The notes under the pieces: generated by a model | What the model was told of the DNA's origin: nothing | Seen by the model: the letters and a program-made list of their open reading frames with translations, nothing else | Databases searched by the model: none | Shown: in pieces, positions 58,658 to 64,000 of the stretch | How positions within the stretch are numbered: position 1 is the first letter of the stretch | Layout: each line of letters begins with the position of its first letter | Assembly: GCF_018350175.1 (NCBI RefSeq) | Contig: NC_058369.1 | Span: 26,476,001-26,540,000, forward strand | DNA: 64,000 nucleotides | Reading direction: 5' to 3' | DNA from: Felis catus | Taxonomy: Eukaryota | Position numbers and translations under genes: made by a program

Positions 58658-60899
58658 TTCTTATATTCCCTGAGGATCCCTTGGACCTAGGGGAAGAATC
58701 AAGTCCTGAAAGCCAAGGTCAGCTGTCAACCAGCTCAGTAACACAGAGGCCTGTGTAGTCCATGACCACAACCTGTCCTCAAATGCTTCTGTTTTTGGGT
58801 CCCCGTCAGTCATGATTACATTCAACTTGATAATATGGCAATATAAAATTCAGTTTTTTTAAAGTTATTTTTTCCCCCTTTTCATTCTGACAATGACCTC
58901 CTTGCTTCTGAGCCCTGTGGATGGAGTGAGGGAGAAGGGAAGAGAAGGCAGAACACTGAATGAGCCCCCCAGGTCCTTTCTCCAGCCAGGCAGGGGCCCT
59001 CCCACTGATTAGTGTGGGTTACCATTCAATCCCCGCGTCAGTCTCATGAAGTGGACACTGTGGATTCCCTCCATTTTACAGATGACAGAACTGAAGTTCA
59101 AGAGGTGTCATTGCCTCACCCTGAAGTCTTTGACTCCAGAGACTGGACCTTGTCCATAAACCTGGCCCCCGGCCACCCTGAACACCTGGGGGGGTCCTGG
59201 ACAGAGAACAAATGACATCCTCTGGCCCTCGGCCAATAGTCTGCCCCACGTTCTTCTCACCCCTGTCTTAGCTCTGTCCCACACCAGGAGGGGACTTGCG
59301 TGCCTGCATGTGGACACCCCCAGTCTGCCGGTCCAAGCTCTGTCCACACCACCCTCCCCTCCAGCAACTGCCATGCCCTGGCCAACCTTCAGTCCTAAAG
59401 GTGTATCTGTGGCTTCTGCCCAAGGGGGTCACACCTCGAAGATGTCTGCATGGGCCCTGATGCAGGCTTCCAGTCGGCACATCCTCTGGCCTTGCAGACC
59501 CTACCTGCGAGGTGGGACTCAGGTGGAGGATGGCCATCATAGGACCCATGGGATCCTCTGAAGCCCTGGGCACAGGACAGGGTGCCAGCTCGCGTCTCTA
59601 AGTGTGGTTACCTTCCAAACATTCGCAGCTGTGACTTCGGGCACCAGACTCCCATTTCAATGCCTCCTTTGTTTGCAAGGCCAAGAGGGCTTCCCACTTT
59701 CTCGCTGCCTGGCTTTGTCTCCTTTAGGCTTGTGAGGTTAGGTGGGCACAGTAGGGGAGTGATGCCCGAGCCTGGAGCTGGGCCCTGAGGTTGCAGGCAC
59801 AGGGGAGGGTAGCCTAGCTGAGCTGGGCTCTGAGAAGGGGGGTGAGCTCAGTTCACCTATCCTGATAGAAACCGGCTTTTGCAGGACCAGGACTCCTGCT
59901 GCCTGCAAGGGGCCACTCTGCTGCTTTTCCACTCCTTATTGAGGCTCCTGTGTCAGAGGGAGGGAGGTGGGTTGCCAGCTGGGCAGTGGGTGGCATAATG
60001 GGTCTGGGACTTATTCCACCATGTTTTGGAAGATATCGGGATTGTTGGGTGAGAGTCCTGCCCCCACCATGGCTTTGCCAGTCAGCCTGTGGGCGAGGAA
60101 GCTGCTGGTGGGAAATTTCAGCCCAGGTAGGTCAGTGTCCTATAAGGCAAGGAGGACAGTGGGGTGGCTACATGCACAGAGAGGTTCAGAAAGCATGCCT
60201 GTGCACAGAGAGAAGAAAAGATGTCTGTAGAAAGATGCAGAGAGCTTGGAGCCTCAGAGATATCCTTTCCGGGCCTTGGGAGGCCTTGTCCTGTCCTTGG
60301 GCCCAGTGGAGACCCTGCAGCCTTAAAATATAATACTCTTCACCCAGCAGAGCAAACTAGGCCGTATGTCCTTGCCCTAAGCACTTCAGTGCACACATGC
60401 CTGGCCTCCACCTGCCAGCACCGGCATATCTTTGCCTGAAGGTCTTCTCCCACCTCCAGACCTTCCTTTGTGCCCTGGGGCAGGCCAGAAGTGTGGGAAG
60501 TGCCAAGGAATTAGGGGCAGGAGCACCCCAGCTCCCTTGCCCCTTGAGACCTCTCTGAGGCATGTGTTGGACACTGGCTCCTGAGTTCCAGTTGCCCGCA
60601 GCGTTCAGCTCGATGACACATCGCACTGGCTATCTTCCTTTCCCTGTCTCACTTCCCGCTGATATTTTCTGAGGTCACCTCCTTCCAAGCCAACCGCTGC
60701 CCTTGAATCCTTGTCTCAGGCTCTGCACCCAGGAGAGGAGTTTCAAAGACAGCAGGATGGCGTCCCACCCCCACCGTGCTTCTTTCTGGTTGTCTCCTCC
60801 GGAAACCAGAGCCGAGCGTCCTAACACCCCATGGTTCTCTTGCCACAGGAAGCGGCTCAGCCCACCCTGTGACCTCAGTGCCAACAGAGAGGTGCCTAC

Positions 60900-60950
60900 C
60901 TCCAGAGTACATGTCGAAGCATTTCTGTGTTAGCACCATTCCTGTGGTTC
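60900..60950 (-). CDS. FAM3D: FAM3D coding exon, 51 nt: (G)TTGMVLTQKCFDMYSG(E)
   Basis: Splice sites ccctag|GAACC...CTGGAG|gtaggc. Phase 1-1, FDMYSG motif of FAM3D, in frame with neighbouring exons. Confidence 0.95.
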
Positions 60951-62009
60951 CTAGGGATGAGAGAGCAAAACTGTGATTTCCTGGAATGTGTCATCCTGCC
61001 TATCGTTTTGCAGAAAATGGCTACTCTTTAAGGTCTAAAAATAGAATAATAATGGAGTAAAATCAGGTCCTGTGGAAAGCATGCAGCACTAAGTAGGTGC
61101 CCACTAACCTTTGGGCTGATCTGAGAGGTACAAGAACACAATGGTGGAGGATCTCTGGAATCGAACGGTATCCAGCTAATCTGGGTCTGTGTTTTGCCTT
61201 GCCACTTCCTAATGCACCACTTAGTATTTGGACCTCAATTTTTGCATCTGAAAAATGGGCTAGTAGTGAATAGGTAGTAAACACAACAAGATAAATTTCA
61301 GATGGAAAATAGTAATAAAAAGAACTACAGCCGTCATCATTATTCCTACCTAAACAGGAAACCTGTAATTTGAGTCCTCCGATTCTAGAAGGCAAAGGGA
61401 CTTGCCGTGGGCTGAACTGTACCCAGTACTCGGAGTCTAGTAATCTGAATGGCGTTTGTGGGTTTTGCAAAGGGTCCAAGTCCAGAAAACCAGGTGTTCT
61501 GGGGAAGTCGCAGTTCTCACTCTCCGCCACTAGATGGGGGTGTTGCAGAGGGGATGGCAGATCTACGTTTCCACCCCTGGTCCCTTCCCCCTCGCGTTAG
61601 CTTGGGGATCCGGGAAGAGGGTGGGGATAGGGGCCTGGGTAGTGGAGGCTCTCCTGCTGGGTGGGGGAGCTCACAGTGCAGCCCTTACTGGACTCTCAGA
61701 GCCACGAGTGTAGGGTCCTTGGAAGGGGGGGAGGGGTCTATGTACACATGAAACTATGATCATGTGCGTTTGTGGATTTTTCTGGAATTAGGGGGAAAAG
61801 GTGCAGACTGAAGTTTCTTAAAGGAATCTCTGCTCCCTAAAAGGTTGAGAACTACCAATATTTACCGATCTTTTTGATGGCTTATTATACAGTTGAGACT
61901 GTGAGGCCCTGAGAGTGATTTGTTGGACTCCCCCACAGCTGGCATGCAGTAGGTGCTACATAGATGTTTGGAGAGGATTTTAGTCTAGGGAAGTAAGTAA
62001 TTCAGCTGG

Positions 62010-62200
62010 GTGATTAAGACCTGGAGTCAGCCAGATCTGGGTTCAAATCTATTGGCTGTGTAACCTTGGGCAAGTTGCCTAACCTCTCTGAATTTCCATG
62101 TCTTACCTCCATACGGAGTCCATAGCTCCATTCTAGCATCGGGGTGAGGCCGAATGACATAGCACACAGTGAATGCTCTGTAACAGCTCTTGGTGTTACT
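62010..62200 (+). mobile_element. MIR
   Basis: tggagtcagccagatctgggttcaaatc..gctgtgtaaccttgggcaagttgcctaacctctctgaatttc. Confidence 0.8.
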
Positions 62201-63961
62201 GATGCCTGTGTTCGTCTTTGGGCTTTGTGAGGGGAGGAGAGGGAGGCCCCAAGCTAAGCCTGTCTCATTGGACACTAGTCACAGAGGTCGTCTCCTGCAG
62301 TGGCCCATTTCAGGGAAGAGAGAACCAGCAGGTTTCAGCCAGATGGGCTGCAGCCAGGGCCAGTTCCTGCCCTTCCCACTGGGGTGAGGGGTGGGGGTGT
62401 GCGTGGAGATTAGGTGAAACAGGCCCTGTAGACTGAGACCCCTACGGTCATCTGCTGGCATGCCCTCCCTGTAGGAAGCGGCCGCCAATGCAGTGAGTCA
62501 GGTCTTGCTGTCCTTCTCAAGACTGGAGGAGGCGTGCCCTGCTTGGCCTCCTGCCCCTCCCAGGCCCCGCTTTTCCTGGGCTGCCTTCCGACCTCCCACT
62601 CTGGGTGAGGCTCCATTTTTGCTTTAGGCTTTGACCTTTCCCCTGACTCGGCAGGATTTCTTGGCAGAAGGGGAATGTCTCCCTAGGAGTCCTATCCTAC
62701 CCTGTCACTTCCTGTGTTCATGTGGTCATGACACACACACAAGCTTGACCTTTTCCTTCCGGAGCATCTGCTGTGCCCTTTTTTCCACCTGCCCTGACCT
62801 TTGTCCCAGGAAGTAGCTCTTAGATTCAGGGAAATGGCCTTCGCTCTCCAGCTAAGAGCCAGAGGCAGAGAGAGAGGAGGGTCTTGGCTGGGGCAGACCA
62901 CCTGGTCCTTACTCCACCCCTGTAAACCCACCCCTCCTGAAATGTGTCCCTGTTTCAGGCATGGCTAGAAGTTGGTCTTCCTGCTGGAGATGCAGGGTAG
63001 TGAGGCTGTGGGCCTTCCTCCAGGTCTCCTTGCCCCCAGCCTCCCTGCTCCAAGCTGGAAGGAAGTTTCTGGAATGCAGGGCTGGACCCTCATGCCCTCC
63101 TCAAAGCCTTTCTGAGGCTCCCTATTGACTTTAGCTTCAAGCTCACACTTCTTAGAAGGCTTAGCCCCTCATCCTCTCGCCCTGCCTGCCTCCCCTCCAT
63201 ACCTGTCATCCTGCCCGCTTCTCTGTGTAGCCAGGAAGACCCTGTGTGGCCCCCAAGCCCTCTTCCCTTCTTCTCCCTTCTCTGCTTCCTCTACAGTGTT
63301 GCCCCTGCCTCGAAGGAGCCTCCCCCACTTTTTCCCTGGTCAACCCCCATGATCCTTCAGGCCTCAGCTGACCAGCACCTCCCTCTGGAAGCCTCCCCTG
63401 ACTACCCCCATCCCCAGCTGTATGTCCCAGCTTTCAGAGCTGTGCTTCCTCCTTCTTCATAGATGTTCACCACATTGTAGTGGTTGTCAACTCCATGGAC
63501 AGGCCAGGACCTGTCCTTCTAGTTCATGGCTGACCCCTAGTGGTTCTGTACAGGGCCTGGCCCACAGTAGCTGCTGACAGTATTTGATGAATGAGTGAAT
63601 GAAGGTGGGCAATCAGCTCATGATCTCACGTTGTTGTTGGTTGTCCCTCAGGGTTTCGTGTGTGTTGGTTTAGGCCGCATGGATGGGCCTTGAGGATGGG
63701 CTCATGTTTCATAGGAGAAGTGTATCTTCCTGAGGTAGTTGCTCACGGTGGGGGCCTGGTCAAGACTCTGGTGGGTGGGACCAGGTCTTTTAGACCTTCT
63801 GTCCCTTGGGCTTTCCCTCTGGAGCACTGCTGGATGGCCCCAGGTGTGTAGTAGGAGCTGAGCCAGTGTTGGTTGAATGAATGTGGAACTACCTCCCCCC
63901 GCCCCCGCCCCAGTCCTAAGAGCATGGAGGGGGCTGTCTGGGGGATAGGTCAGCAGCTCAC

Positions 63962-64000
63962 CGTTCACCAGGGCAATGTTCAGGCCTCTGCCCACGTTGT
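63962..64000 (-). CDS. FAM3D: FAM3D coding exon, partial (runs off window end): ..NVGRGLNIALVN(G)
   Basis: Minus strand reads AC AAC GTG GGC AGA GGC CTG AAC ATT GCC CTG GTG AAC G|gtgagc. This matches the FAM3/ILEI-domain motif NNVGRGLNIALVNG. Phase-1 donor. Confidence 0.95.

Noticed and set aside
1..64000. CRISPR arrays, operons or other prokaryote-type systems
   Set aside because: The sequence is mammalian. Repeated units are SINEs and microsatellites, with no regularly spaced repeat-spacer array.

Overview
This is mammalian genomic DNA, almost certainly from a cat-family carnivore: it carries abundant tRNA-derived CAN-SINEs, including a young SINEC_Fc-type copy, and a felid-type L1 3' end. 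The window covers the FAM107A-FAM3D tandem locus, with both genes on the minus strand. Right end: the last five coding exons of FAM3D (63962-64000 partial, 60900-60950, 57290-57374, 56435-56561, 53872-53961) splice in frame to ...NVGRGLNIALVNGTTGMVLTQKCFDMYSGEVKLLVKFLKEIPEGTLVLVASYDDPGTRLNDETRKLLSSLGSSYAKQLGFRDSWVFLGAKDLKDKSPFEQFLKNNPNTNKYEGWPELLELEGCVPRKIP*. Left ~46 kb: the 5' part of FAM107A (DRR1), whose core coding exons lie left of the window. It has several alternative 5' exons: a distal MGTVQGKK exon (45321-45344) spliced across ~30 kb to a 64-nt exon (15442-15505), a CpG-island exon encoding MAQRLGERARGPAEATGLYRAVLLRS (13382-13460), and a probable proximal exon ending at 4540. The rest is intronic or intergenic DNA with SINEs, MIR, L1/L2, LTRs, MITEs and microsatellites. 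Almost all ORF-track entries are spurious. I found no new biological system. The best leads are the FAM107A isoform architecture (possible myristoylated N-terminus, junction ATGs), an old duplicated putative enhancer with an exact 20-bp PBX-HOX/CDX-like core, a perfect RFX-like palindrome, a weak FAM3D poly(A) signal, and two SINEs inserted at one identical target site. Gene and repeat names come from recall, not database searches. Repeat boundaries are approximate, and only representative MIR/L2/old-L1 copies are listed.
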